Below, piece after piece: positions 41,066 through 50,254 of a stretch of DNA of 64,000 nucleotides. The stretch is taken from contig JAEOUA010000012.1 of assembly GCA_016839555.1 (NCBI GenBank), forward strand, positions 1-64,000. Reading direction: 5' to 3'. The notes under the pieces were generated by a model. That model searched no databases. It was not told where the DNA came from and worked only from the letters and a program-made list of their open reading frames with translations. Position numbers and translations under genes: made by a program. This DNA is from Promethearchaeota archaeon. Its GTDB lineage: Archaea; Asgardarchaeota; Lokiarchaeia; Sigyniarchaeales; SOKP01. Numbering within the stretch: position 1 is the first letter of the stretch; each line of letters begins with the position of its first letter.

Positions 41066-41791
41066 TTATTGTATTTCTATAAATTTAAGCAATCCTAAAT
41101 TATCAAGATGATCTATAATAACTTGAATTCTAGATTCTGGTAATCCTACTTCCTCAGCAATATCTCTTGCAGTATGAAAACCGTCCGCTAAATGAGCGAT
41201 CTCATATTGTTTCTCATCTAAAAAGCCTTGAGTTATAACTTGTTTTGGGAGTCTCTTTGAAGTCCATTCTGGCTTTTTATCGGATATGTCCCTAAGATCC
41301 TCTTCAGTTAACACGAACCCTTTCTTTGCGAGGCGATTTTGAGATTTGGTAAAGTCTTTTTTATATATTTTTAAAATGGGTATGTTTAAAGGAATTTCGG
41401 CCACTCTGCCATTTTCCATTATTTTATCAATTGTTTCTGAAAAGTCTCTAAATATTCTTACATCACCAGACCAATTTTGAAGCTCATCCACAAACCTTTC
41501 AAGAAATCTATCGATGACATCTTTTAACGCTTTATGGGTAACTCTGGCATCATCATTCTTATCTGCTGCAGCAGTCACAAGAACTCCTTTTTTAAACACC
41601 AAAATAAGATAAAATACTTGCATATCTATAACTTTAAGTTCTCCGGAGCCCTTACTAAACTCAAAACTAAAATCTTTCAGTGCCGTAATAAAACCGCTTA
41701 CAAGGTCTTGATTAAATTCAATTGAACCATATTTGCGATAAATAAGACAGATACCTGTATTCTGGTCGATTACGTAAACATTATGAATCAT
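41066..41791 (-). CDS. Longin-domain protein with C-terminal winged helix
   Basis: MIHNVYVID..TGICLIYRKY..QDLVSGFITAL..F longin-like start; ADGFHTARDIAEEVGL...LDNLGLLKF wHTH. Confidence 0.75.
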   Translation of the reverse strand: MIHNVYVIDQNTGICLIYRKYGSIEFNQDLVSGFITALKDFSFEFSKGSGELKVIDMQVFYLILVFKKGVLVTAAADKNDDARVTHKALKDVIDRFLERFVDELQNWSGDVRIFRDFSETIDKIMENGRVAEIPLNIPILKIYKKDFTKSQNRLAKKGFVLTEEDLRDISDKKPEWTSKRLPKQVITQGFLDEKQYEIAHLADGFHTARDIAEEVGLPESRIQVIIDHLDNLGLLKFIEIQ

Positions 41792-41905
41792 TTTGAATAA
41801 TTATTCACTATTTCTTAATTTAACTATTTTAAAATTAAATATATAATAATAATATAATTATATAAAATTTCTTTAAACAAAAATTCTATAAAAATATCAG
41901 AAAAT

Positions 41906-42232
41906 ATGATTGATCACAATAAAGAACAAGTATTTTTTGTAACATCTTCTTCTGAAGATGAGGCTAGAAAACTAGCTCGTTATCTTGTTGAAAAAAAAAG
42001 GGCTGCTTGTGTTAACATCATTAAGCTAATTATCTCTATTTATAGGTGGGAGGATTCTATTGAAGAAAATGATGAATTTCTTTTAGTTATTAAAACAACC
42101 AAGGAAAAATCTGAGGATCTTATTCACGCAGTAGAGAATATTCATAGCTATGAAACGCCTGAATGTATCGGACTCAATATTGAAGCAGGCTCAGTAAAAT
42201 ATTTAGAGTGGTTAAGAGATGCCGTAAAATAG
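41906..42232 (+). CDS. cutA: Divalent-cation tolerance protein CutA
   Basis: AACVNI, SIYRWE, IKT, HSYETPE, YLEWL. Confidence 0.95.
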   Translation: MIDHNKEQVFFVTSSSEDEARKLARYLVEKKRAACVNIIKLIISIYRWEDSIEENDEFLLVIKTTKEKSEDLIHAVENIHSYETPECIGLNIEAGSVKYLEWLRDAVK

Positions 42233-42316
42233 TGTAATAACTGCAAACTTAGATAAAAAACTGATAACCTATTATACAAAACTAAATATTAAATGATATA
42301 TATTTGATAATAAGAT

Positions 42317-43093
42317 ATGAACATTTTTCGTCTAAATTGGGTATTAATTGATATCATTATTATCTTTCTGCTAATATTTTTATTGGTTTCTGTGAAATTA
42401 TATAAAGAAAATGCACGATGGAGAAATAATATCTCAAATCTCTCATTAGAAGCAATATCGCTTCCATTAAATCAGAATATAACGACAATTCAAGAAAAAA
42501 ATGTAAAAGATTTAAGATTAGTGAGAAATATACAATCCAAAGCGGGAGATAATAAACCACTCATAATATTTAGTAAAAATAAAGCCTATGAAGATTTAAT
42601 TGAGATCTTAACGTACGGATTAGCATCTTATGGTTTTTCTATCATCTCTCTAAAATTTAAAACGAAAACTTCTTTTTCTTTATCTATACTCTCAGAAATT
42701 ATTAATCAGAAAATCTCAAAACAATATTTAAAGTATATTTTGATTAGCTTTGAATTTTCAAAACCTCTTTATAACTCTGTTTTAAATGATTCTAAAAATA
42801 GGGGTATGATTCTAATTAATCCAACTTATAATAAAACTATTCTAAATACTTTCAAAAAGGTATTATCGTCTGATAATATGAAAAATAAACTATGTCTGAT
42901 TTATAATTATTACTCTTTTTTCATCTTTAAAAATAGGAACTTAAAAAAAATATTAAATTCATTATCTGATGAGGAATCTAGGCAGATTAAATTAAATATT
43001 ATTCAAAATGCAAGAGTTTTATTTAAAAATTATGAAACAATATTATTAGGTTTTATAATTCAATATATTGAAGAAAGAATTAAGGATTCTTAA
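42317..43093 (+). CDS. Membrane-anchored hypothetical protein (possible degenerate alpha/beta fold)
   Basis: N-terminal TM helix; LASYGFSII and GMILINP hint at a hydrolase-like fold with no nucleophile motif. Confidence 0.55.
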   Translation: MNIFRLNWVLIDIIIIFLLIFLLVSVKLYKENARWRNNISNLSLEAISLPLNQNITTIQEKNVKDLRLVRNIQSKAGDNKPLIIFSKNKAYEDLIEILTYGLASYGFSIISLKFKTKTSFSLSILSEIINQKISKQYLKYILISFEFSKPLYNSVLNDSKNRGMILINPTYNKTILNTFKKVLSSDNMKNKLCLIYNYYSFFIFKNRNLKKILNSLSDEESRQIKLNIIQNARVLFKNYETILLGFIIQYIEERIKDS

Positions 43094-43102
43094 GACTTAA
43101 TC

Positions 43103-43804
43103 ATGTCCAAAGAGCATATACTAAGAAATCATTATAAAAAAGTAATATATTCCGAAGAACATTTCTCTCTTCTTAAAAATAAAAGAATTCAAGCTAAAAA
43201 ATTGTTAAATATCTTTAAAAAGGAAAATTTAATCGGATATGTTTATGGAAGTATTGCTCGAGGAGATATTCATCAAAATAGTGATATTGATATCATTTTT
43301 CTTTATCGAATCCCCCCCTATAAAATTGAATATATCCTAAATAAAAATAATATAAATAAATACAATAGAGAAATAATTGCTGCTACTCCCTCTGATTCGG
43401 TAAAATTGTATATTCATATAACTGAACTAATATCCATTACAATTCCTTTAACCAAATTAAATAAAAATAATCTAGAATTCTATGATTTTGGGGGAAAAAT
43501 CGATTATAAACAACTTAAAAATAATACAAGAGTGCCGGGAATCGATAAAAGGTTGGTCCTTATAAAACCTACAGAAGAGGGACATGAAGAATTTTCCATT
43601 ATTAATCAAGAACATATTGCTGCGAAAATCGTGGGCGTCTCTCTGGATACTATTAATGAACGAAAAAAAGTTCTCCTTAGAAGAGAAAAATATGGCCGAA
43701 CAGGCGTATTTTTAAAGAAAGAACTAGCATTACACGAGACTGTGGAGGGTGCTTTAAAGAAAATAGCAGAAAAAAATAGTATTATTCGAAAAAAAATATT
43801 TTAG
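43103..43804 (+). CDS. Pol-beta superfamily nucleotidyltransferase
   Basis: YGSIARGDIHQNSDIDI, EFYDFGG, RVPGIDKRL, GRTGVF. Confidence 0.9.
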   Translation: MSKEHILRNHYKKVIYSEEHFSLLKNKRIQAKKLLNIFKKENLIGYVYGSIARGDIHQNSDIDIIFLYRIPPYKIEYILNKNNINKYNREIIAATPSDSVKLYIHITELISITIPLTKLNKNNLEFYDFGGKIDYKQLKNNTRVPGIDKRLVLIKPTEEGHEEFSIINQEHIAAKIVGVSLDTINERKKVLLRREKYGRTGVFLKKELALHETVEGALKKIAEKNSIIRKKIF

Positions 43805-43805
43805 C

Positions 43806-44966
43806 ATGAAAGAAAAAATTATTGAGTCTATAGAAGGAAATTATTATATTAAGCAACGCGGGATTCCCAAAGGATGCCAGCAGTGTCTTAAGGGAGCAAA
43901 AGCGGTTTTATTTCTTAATGGAATCTGTCAAAATCCTCCTCATTGCTCCTGGTATTGCCCCATTTCTGAAAAAAGAAAAAATAAATTGATATCTTATATA
44001 GATGAAATCAAAATATCAAGGAAGGAGGATATTTTTACTGAAATTTCTAAAATTAATGCTCTAGGAATGAGCATCACAGGTGGTGAACCTTTACTTCCTG
44101 CTAACTTAGAAAACACCCTAAAATACATTAAATTAGTCAAAAAAAAGAAGGGAAAGCGTTTTCATATACATTTATATACTAATGGTATAAATTTTAGCAA
44201 TAATGTCGCTAATAAACTCTCTAAGGCTGGTTTGGATGAGATCAGATTCCATCCTCCTAAAAATAAATGGAAAAATATAAAATATGCATTAAATAAAGGA
44301 ATGATTGTAGGAGCAGAAGTGCCGTTGATACCTGAGCGGTACCACATGACAAATCTAAAAAACCTTATCTTATATTTAGATGAAATTGGTGCTGATTTTA
44401 TAAATTTAAATGAATTTGAATATTGTCAGCCAAATAGCAAAAATCTCCAATCAAAAGGTTATGAATTGAAAGAAGGAACTATTTCCTCCGTAAAATATAG
44501 TAAAGAAGAGGCTCTTCCTCTATTTAAAGAGTTTATCCCAAAAACATCTTTAAAAATTCATTTTTGTTCAATCAAGGCTAAAGATTATTATCAATTAAAA
44601 AATCGATATCTGCGAAGAGCACCTAATATTAAAACGCCCTATGAAGAAATCAGTGAAGAAGGCCTCCTTATTTATGGTCAAATTGAGGGAAACGAGGCAG
44701 ATATAACTAAACTCAAAAATTATTTATTAAATAAATCTGGAATGCCTACTAAATTAATCTCTTTTAAAGCAGCCTGCATTAAATTACCATATTATGTATT
44801 AGTTGATGATGATTTTTTAGAATTTTTAAAAAGCTTTAATTTAAAGGGATATATAGTAGAATGTCTACCTTTTAATGAATCTGATGAAAAAGAATATAGA
44901 CAAATAACAGAAATAACTCCAATAGAAGTGTTTAAAGAAGAGATTGATTATATCGATAAAAATTAA
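43806..44966 (+). CDS. Archaeal radical SAM protein (COG2108-like)
   Basis: PKGCQQC..GAK, CQNPPHCSWYC, SITGGEP, HIHLYT, GLDEIRFHP, NLNEFE. Confidence 0.88.
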   Translation: MKEKIIESIEGNYYIKQRGIPKGCQQCLKGAKAVLFLNGICQNPPHCSWYCPISEKRKNKLISYIDEIKISRKEDIFTEISKINALGMSITGGEPLLPANLENTLKYIKLVKKKKGKRFHIHLYTNGINFSNNVANKLSKAGLDEIRFHPPKNKWKNIKYALNKGMIVGAEVPLIPERYHMTNLKNLILYLDEIGADFINLNEFEYCQPNSKNLQSKGYELKEGTISSVKYSKEEALPLFKEFIPKTSLKIHFCSIKAKDYYQLKNRYLRRAPNIKTPYEEISEEGLLIYGQIEGNEADITKLKNYLLNKSGMPTKLISFKAACIKLPYYVLVDDDFLEFLKSFNLKGYIVECLPFNESDEKEYRQITEITPIEVFKEEIDYIDKN

Positions 44967-45244
44967 CAAGTCAATATTTTTCAAGATATATATTTATTAA
45001 AAACTATAAAATAAGAAAATTCTTACAGATTCTCTTCATTAATAATTTCAATTAATCTTAAGAAACCTATAATTAAGAGGTTTATTATGAAATGGAGTTC
45101 AAATTTCTATTTTTCAAAGAGTACAGATTTTAGAAAATTTAGTAAGTTTTAATTTAGAGGGAGAAATAAATTTTATGAGGACTATAACACATAATTAATA
45201 GAACAAAGGCTAATTGAATAATTTCATATACGACATAAATAATT

Positions 45245-45724
45245 ATGAAAATCACAGCTGTAAAACTAAAAGATTTGAATAAAATTACTAAATTGGAAAA
45301 AAAAATTTTTAGAAAAAACGCATTTTCAAAAAAACTACTAAAAAAATTAATTCTAACTAGTCTTCTTTTCTTAAAGCTTGAAATTGGTGTTATAAAAAAA
45401 AAAATAATCGGTTTTATAATTATCCTTAAAGATAAAAATAATAGGGCGAATTTAATAAATCTTCTAATCGATTCTAAGTATCATAAAAACGGGTTTGGAA
45501 CTATTCTTTTAAAAACTGCTTTAACCAGACTTGAAAATAAATCAATGGTTTTTAAAAAAATTATTCTAAATGTAAACGTTGAAAATCTGCCCGCTATTCG
45601 ATTATATGAAAAATTTAATTTTAAAATAATAGAAAAAATCGAACATTATTATTATACAGGCGAAGATGCGTATTTAATGGAATTAAATTTGAGAAAAATA
45701 CAAAAATTCAATCAAGGTGCTTAA
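45245..45724 (+). CDS. GNAT acetyltransferase (RimI/Ard1-like)
   Basis: HKNGFGTILL, N..AIRLYEKFNF, YY..GEDAYLM. Confidence 0.88.
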   Translation: MKITAVKLKDLNKITKLEKKIFRKNAFSKKLLKKLILTSLLFLKLEIGVIKKKIIGFIIILKDKNNRANLINLLIDSKYHKNGFGTILLKTALTRLENKSMVFKKIILNVNVENLPAIRLYEKFNFKIIEKIEHYYYTGEDAYLMELNLRKIQKFNQGA

Positions 45725-45874
45725 AAAGTTCAAATTTAGTGAAATAAGATTATTTTTCATTTAAAAAGAATCTATTCATCAAAATTTAAATAGATAAACT
45801 TTTTTTTATGTTATAATAAGAATATAAGAATATAAATATAGTAAATTTCTAAATTTAAAAGGTGTGTTATAAAC

Positions 45875-46036
45875 GTGACCCCCGAATTAGATGACGAATT
45901 AAAAAATGAGATTAGAAAAGGAGTAAAGCTCCAAAAAGTCGATGAGGCGGAGTTAAGAAGGAGGGAAGAAGAGAAAAAAAAGCGACTAGCAGAGCTTGAA
46001 AAAGTAAAACAAGCCCTTGAAAAGCCAAATCCATAA
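45875..46036 (+). CDS. 53-aa WH2-motif microprotein (absent from the ORF track), candidate actin-monomer-binding protein
   Basis: GTG start after AAGGTGTG. Translation MTPELDDELKNEIRKGVKLQKVDEAELRRREEEKKKRLAELEKVKQALEKPNP. Purine-rich coding composition in an AT-rich gap; T-tract downstream. Confidence 0.8.
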   Translation: MTPELDDELKNEIRKGVKLQKVDEAELRRREEEKKKRLAELEKVKQALEKPNP

Positions 46037-46056
46037 ATAATAACTTGTTTTATTGC

Positions 46057-46076
46057 TATTTTTTTATTTTTTTTTG
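46057..46076 (+). terminator. Archaeal-type oligo-T terminator after the WH2 microprotein gene
   Basis: Two adjacent T-runs ~20 nt after the TAA stop. Confidence 0.45.
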
Positions 46077-46187
46077 AATAGATTTTAAATCCATTAATTT
46101 AAAATAGTTTTTTCTTATTAGAATTAATCTTTTCTTTTACGCTTTACTCTTATATTCAAATAATATCAAATAGGCTTACGGATCACA

Positions 46188-47261
46188 ATGAGAATTCTAG
46201 CACAAGATAAAAAAAAAGGAGAAATCACGGTAATAGTAGAAAATCTAAATGATTTATGGTCATTATATAATATTATTACTAAAGGGGATACAGTGATCGC
46301 TTTAACTCAAAGAAGGGTTGTTATGAAAGAAGGTTCTACAGGGGAGAGAAAATTGATGAAACTAACATTATCTGTAGAGGATGCTGCATTCCATGAATTT
46401 ACTAACCGATTGCGGATAAAGGGGACCATTTTAGAAGGACCTAAGGATTATGTAAGCTATGGGTCTTATCATACATTTAATATAGAAATAAATCATGAAC
46501 TCACTATAATAAAAGATGAATGGTTAAATCAAGATCTCAAGAGATTAAAAGAGTCTTCTAAATTATCATCAAATTTTGTTATGTTAATAATAGCTATTGA
46601 ATCTGGATTAGCAAATATCGCTTACTCTACAAATTATAGTTATAAGAAAATTGCAACTGTTACTAAAAATATTCCGGGAAAGCGATATGAGCAATCATTT
46701 CGCAATAAATTTTTAAAAGATTTTTTTGAGGACATTAAAAGGATTATTGAAACTAGAGTTCAAAATAAGGATGTGAATCTTATAATCCTATGTGGTCCGG
46801 GTACTATCAAAGATAAATTAGCAAAACATCTCAAAGCAACTGCTAATGAGGAATATATTAATAAAATAAAAGTAATCCAAGCGAGTTCAGGAACGGAAAG
46901 TGCTATTTATGAGGCATTAAAATCTGATGAAATGGCTAATATAAAAAATAAAGCAAAAATTCTCCAAGAAACAAAAAAAATTGAAAATGTATTAGCTCAA
47001 TTTGGGAAGGATCCCGATCTTGTCGCAATTGGATTCGATGAAATTACTGAAGCGGCACAAAGAGGTGCTATTGACCAGTTATTAGTCGCAGATACTATAA
47101 TTCGAGGAGCTTCTAAATCAAACAGATTAAAAATAGAGGATATAATAAACCAAGTGGAATATGCAGGGGGAAAAGTCGATATTTTAAATTCAAAACATCC
47201 CGCAGGAGAGCGGCTAGTCGACTTAGGCTCACTTGTGGGAATTTTACGATATAAATTCTGA
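46188..47261 (+). CDS. pelA: Pelota / Dom34 ribosome rescue factor
   Basis: NDLWSLYNII, FHEFTNRLRIKG, GSYHT, IPGKR, GPG, H.AGERL..LGSLVGILRY. Confidence 0.95.
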   Translation: MRILAQDKKKGEITVIVENLNDLWSLYNIITKGDTVIALTQRRVVMKEGSTGERKLMKLTLSVEDAAFHEFTNRLRIKGTILEGPKDYVSYGSYHTFNIEINHELTIIKDEWLNQDLKRLKESSKLSSNFVMLIIAIESGLANIAYSTNYSYKKIATVTKNIPGKRYEQSFRNKFLKDFFEDIKRIIETRVQNKDVNLIILCGPGTIKDKLAKHLKATANEEYINKIKVIQASSGTESAIYEALKSDEMANIKNKAKILQETKKIENVLAQFGKDPDLVAIGFDEITEAAQRGAIDQLLVADTIIRGASKSNRLKIEDIINQVEYAGGKVDILNSKHPAGERLVDLGSLVGILRYKF

Positions 47262-47291
47262 TTATAGGCAAATCTCTAATTAATAACTTTC

Positions 47292-48347
47292 ATGGTAAAA
47301 ATTAAAAAATCCGATATGAATGAAATTATATATGTGAATAAAAAATCGAAAATCCCATTATTGGGTTTAGATTTTCTGGGAATTATAGATCGGGGTACAA
47401 ATATTATTGAATTAAAGCCAATCACTTTATGTAATCTAAAATGCCGATATTGTTTTGTAAGTGCTGGAGAATATGATACTAATTTTATAATCGATTCTCA
47501 ATACCTGATAGAACAAGTCCAGACAATTGCTGAATTCAAAGGACATTATAATCTCGAAATTCACTTAGCCCCCTACGGAGAAATCTTACTATATAAGAAT
47601 TTATATGATCTTATTGATTCTCTATGGGAAATCAAGGGAATTGAGATTATTTCGATGCAAACAAACGGTTTACTACTAAATCCTGATATTATTAAGGAAT
47701 TTTCAGAGCATAATTTAACAAGAATTAATATAAGTGTAAATACTTTTAATCCTCGACTTGCTCAATATCTATGTGCTACTGATAACTATAATGTGGAAAT
47801 TCTATTAAGAAATATTCATATGTTATTAGACTCTAATATTAATGTTTTAATTGCTCCGGTTTGGTTTCCCGGTGAAAACAGAAATGATATCATGGAAATT
47901 ATTCAATTTATAGTAAATTTAAGAGATGAAGGATATACTAAAGAGCAAATTCAATTAGGGATTCAAAAATATTTAGTATATAAAACAGGAAGGAAATTAA
48001 AAAAAATCAAACCTAGGTCTTGGGGGTATTTTTATCACCAATTATCTGAGTTAGAAAATAAATATAATATTAAATTGAAATTAGGACCGAAAGATTTTGG
48101 AATTCATTCTCGCCCACTTTTTAATTTTCCCCTTAAAGAAGGTGAGATCATTTCAGTTGAAATTGTCTCTAAAGGAAGGTGGAAGAATGAATGTATTGGT
48201 AAAATAAATAATCAATTTTGTACTAAAGTCCTTTTAAATTATCCATTAGAGTATTCGAAAGATCTATTAGGGAAGAATATTAAGGTTAAGATATTAAAAG
48301 CAAAGAATACGGAGAATCTAATAACTTCATATGTGCCCTATCAATGA
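47292..48347 (+). CDS. Archaeal radical SAM protein with C-terminal TRAM-like domain (COG2100-like)
   Basis: GIIDRGTNIIE, CNLKCRYC, SMQTNG, LIAPVW.PG.N, IQKY..YKTGR. Confidence 0.88.
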   Translation: MVKIKKSDMNEIIYVNKKSKIPLLGLDFLGIIDRGTNIIELKPITLCNLKCRYCFVSAGEYDTNFIIDSQYLIEQVQTIAEFKGHYNLEIHLAPYGEILLYKNLYDLIDSLWEIKGIEIISMQTNGLLLNPDIIKEFSEHNLTRINISVNTFNPRLAQYLCATDNYNVEILLRNIHMLLDSNINVLIAPVWFPGENRNDIMEIIQFIVNLRDEGYTKEQIQLGIQKYLVYKTGRKLKKIKPRSWGYFYHQLSELENKYNIKLKLGPKDFGIHSRPLFNFPLKEGEIISVEIVSKGRWKNECIGKINNQFCTKVLLNYPLEYSKDLLGKNIKVKILKAKNTENLITSYVPYQ

Positions 48348-48580
48348 TATATTATTAAAAATACTCTTAATATTTCGCTGCTTTGAAGATAGAGAATAAT
48401 ATAAAAGGAAATAATGAGGTTTTTTTTCAACAAAATAATCTCTCTAAAGAATTTAGAAAAATTGAGAAAAACGAATCTACATTAAATTGATCTATTAGAA
48501 CATAAATATAAATAGTCTCTCTTTTTATAAATTATACAAGAATAATTCAAATTAATATCTATTTGAAAAAATAAATTATT

Positions 48581-49219
48581 GTGAGTCTTATGCCCATTTT
48601 AACGAGTGAAGATGAATTAGATTTATCAAAATTAGAAAATGAATTAGCTAATGAATTAGAAAACCATGCGAAGGCAGAAAATAAAGTAGTTAAAGCAAGA
48701 AAAAAATTAGCCGAAAAAGTAACTGATATGTATATTACACGAGGATCCTTTAACAGAACTATGCGAGATGTGTTAAAACAAATACAGATGCTCGCCCGAG
48801 AACATAAATCAAACGTGAAAGAGGAAGATGTTAATGCCCTCACAGATCTAATAAAAAGAAGCGAAATAAATCTCGAAGCACATAAAAAATATGTTGATGT
48901 GATCAAAGAATTAACCTTAAGAAAGGATTATATGATTGAAAAGCAAATTGAATTTGCTCAAGCTTTAAAAATTGTTGCCGATAGAAGAAAGGTAGTAATT
49001 AAAAAAGCTTTAGATGTTGAAAAGATAAAAAATAAGATGGTAGAAGGCGATAAATTAAAAGAATTGGATCAAGAACAAAAAGATAAACAGAGAGAATTCG
49101 ATAGAGCAAGGGATATTCTCCTAAAAAAAATTGAGCAATTTAAAGATGTGTGCGATGAGATTCAATCAGATCTCTCGAAAAATAAAGATATTCTTAGCGA
49201 TCCCCATGCCTATTTATAA
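48581..49219 (+). CDS. All-helical coiled-coil protein, BAR-domain-like
   Basis: ~210 aa forming three long amphipathic helices with a basic tip RRKVVIKK...KIKNK. DKLKEL...REFDRARDILLKKIEQF resembles SNX/Vps5-type BAR helix 3. Fold is inferred. Confidence 0.55.
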   Translation: MSLMPILTSEDELDLSKLENELANELENHAKAENKVVKARKKLAEKVTDMYITRGSFNRTMRDVLKQIQMLAREHKSNVKEEDVNALTDLIKRSEINLEAHKKYVDVIKELTLRKDYMIEKQIEFAQALKIVADRRKVVIKKALDVEKIKNKMVEGDKLKELDQEQKDKQREFDRARDILLKKIEQFKDVCDEIQSDLSKNKDILSDPHAYL

Positions 49220-49526
49220 TTAGTATTTCCGTTTGCTAAATCTTAATGTTTTCACAATCACTTTCTCTCATATTCCTTTTTTCTTATTATTTCTAATTAA
49301 AATTAATTCATTAAAAAAATGGAGTAATTCATCGAATTATTTCCTTAGATAAACTCATTTTTATGTTGACATAAAAGAATAAGGAATATAGGATAAAGAT
49401 TAAATATAAATATAAAAATTAATATAAAATAATAGTAGATTAAAAATAGTAAATGGGAATAAAATTAGAAAAAATTATTTTTAATTTATCCTAAATAAAG
49501 AAAACGAGAAAAAAAGGAGTATTAAA

Positions 49527-50009
49527 ATGGCAGAAGAATTCACACGCTACTTAGAAGAAGCCAGAAAGGAACCTTTGGAACAAAAGGTGAATGACTTTGG
49601 CGAAATTGTAGAAAAAATAATGCGTATTATCCTTAAAATCCCTGATTTAGTGGATCAATCACTTGGGAGAATGAACCAAAAAATATCCGCATTAGAATCT
49701 AACATTAATCGATTAAATAATCAAATATCAAGCGGTCAACCATCAGCTGGTGGTTCAGCACCAGAGATTGGTGCCTCAGTACCGAAAGCTAGTGTCTCAT
49801 CACTTTCAGCCCCAAGTGGTCCTCCGGGAACACCCCCACCCTCAAGTGGTCCTCCGGGAACACCACCTCCTTCGGGCGGTCCCCCAGGTGGTCCCCCAGG
49901 AGGTCCTCCAGGTGGCTCACCAAGACCAGCTGGGCCTGTATCATTACGAGGGGCTATTATGAGTGAATTAAAAGAATTGTTCGCAAAGAGACAGCAATCT
50001 CAAGGCTAA
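49527..50009 (+). CDS. Coiled-coil + polyproline + C-terminal WH2/FAB-like helix protein (candidate actin assembly factor)
   Basis: AAGGAG before the ATG; heptad coiled coil in aa ~15-68; GPPGTPPP x2 and GGPP x3; ends LRGAIMSELKELFAKR. Confidence 0.7.
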   Translation: MAEEFTRYLEEARKEPLEQKVNDFGEIVEKIMRIILKIPDLVDQSLGRMNQKISALESNINRLNNQISSGQPSAGGSAPEIGASVPKASVSSLSAPSGPPGTPPPSSGPPGTPPPSGGPPGGPPGGPPGGSPRPAGPVSLRGAIMSELKELFAKRQQSQG

Positions 50010-50254
50010 TTTATTAGAATTAAAAGCTCTACTTAATCTGATGATTTATTTAACCAATCTCTTTTCTATTTTATATTATTTTACCTGAAGAATCCCCATT
50101 CTTTTGAAGAGATAAATATTTTTTACTTTTTTAGTTATAAGAAGAAAAGTTTTATTAATTCATGGAAATGTATTTAGATAGCAAAAAATTAAAAAAAATC
50201 TAAAAACTAAAAACATTATAATATTTAAAATATTTTGGAGGAATTTTAAATCTA

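Noticed and set aside
49750-49962. Alternative-frame ORF with QVVLREH repeats
   Set aside because: By-product of the GC-rich Gly/Pro codon repeats of 49527..50009.
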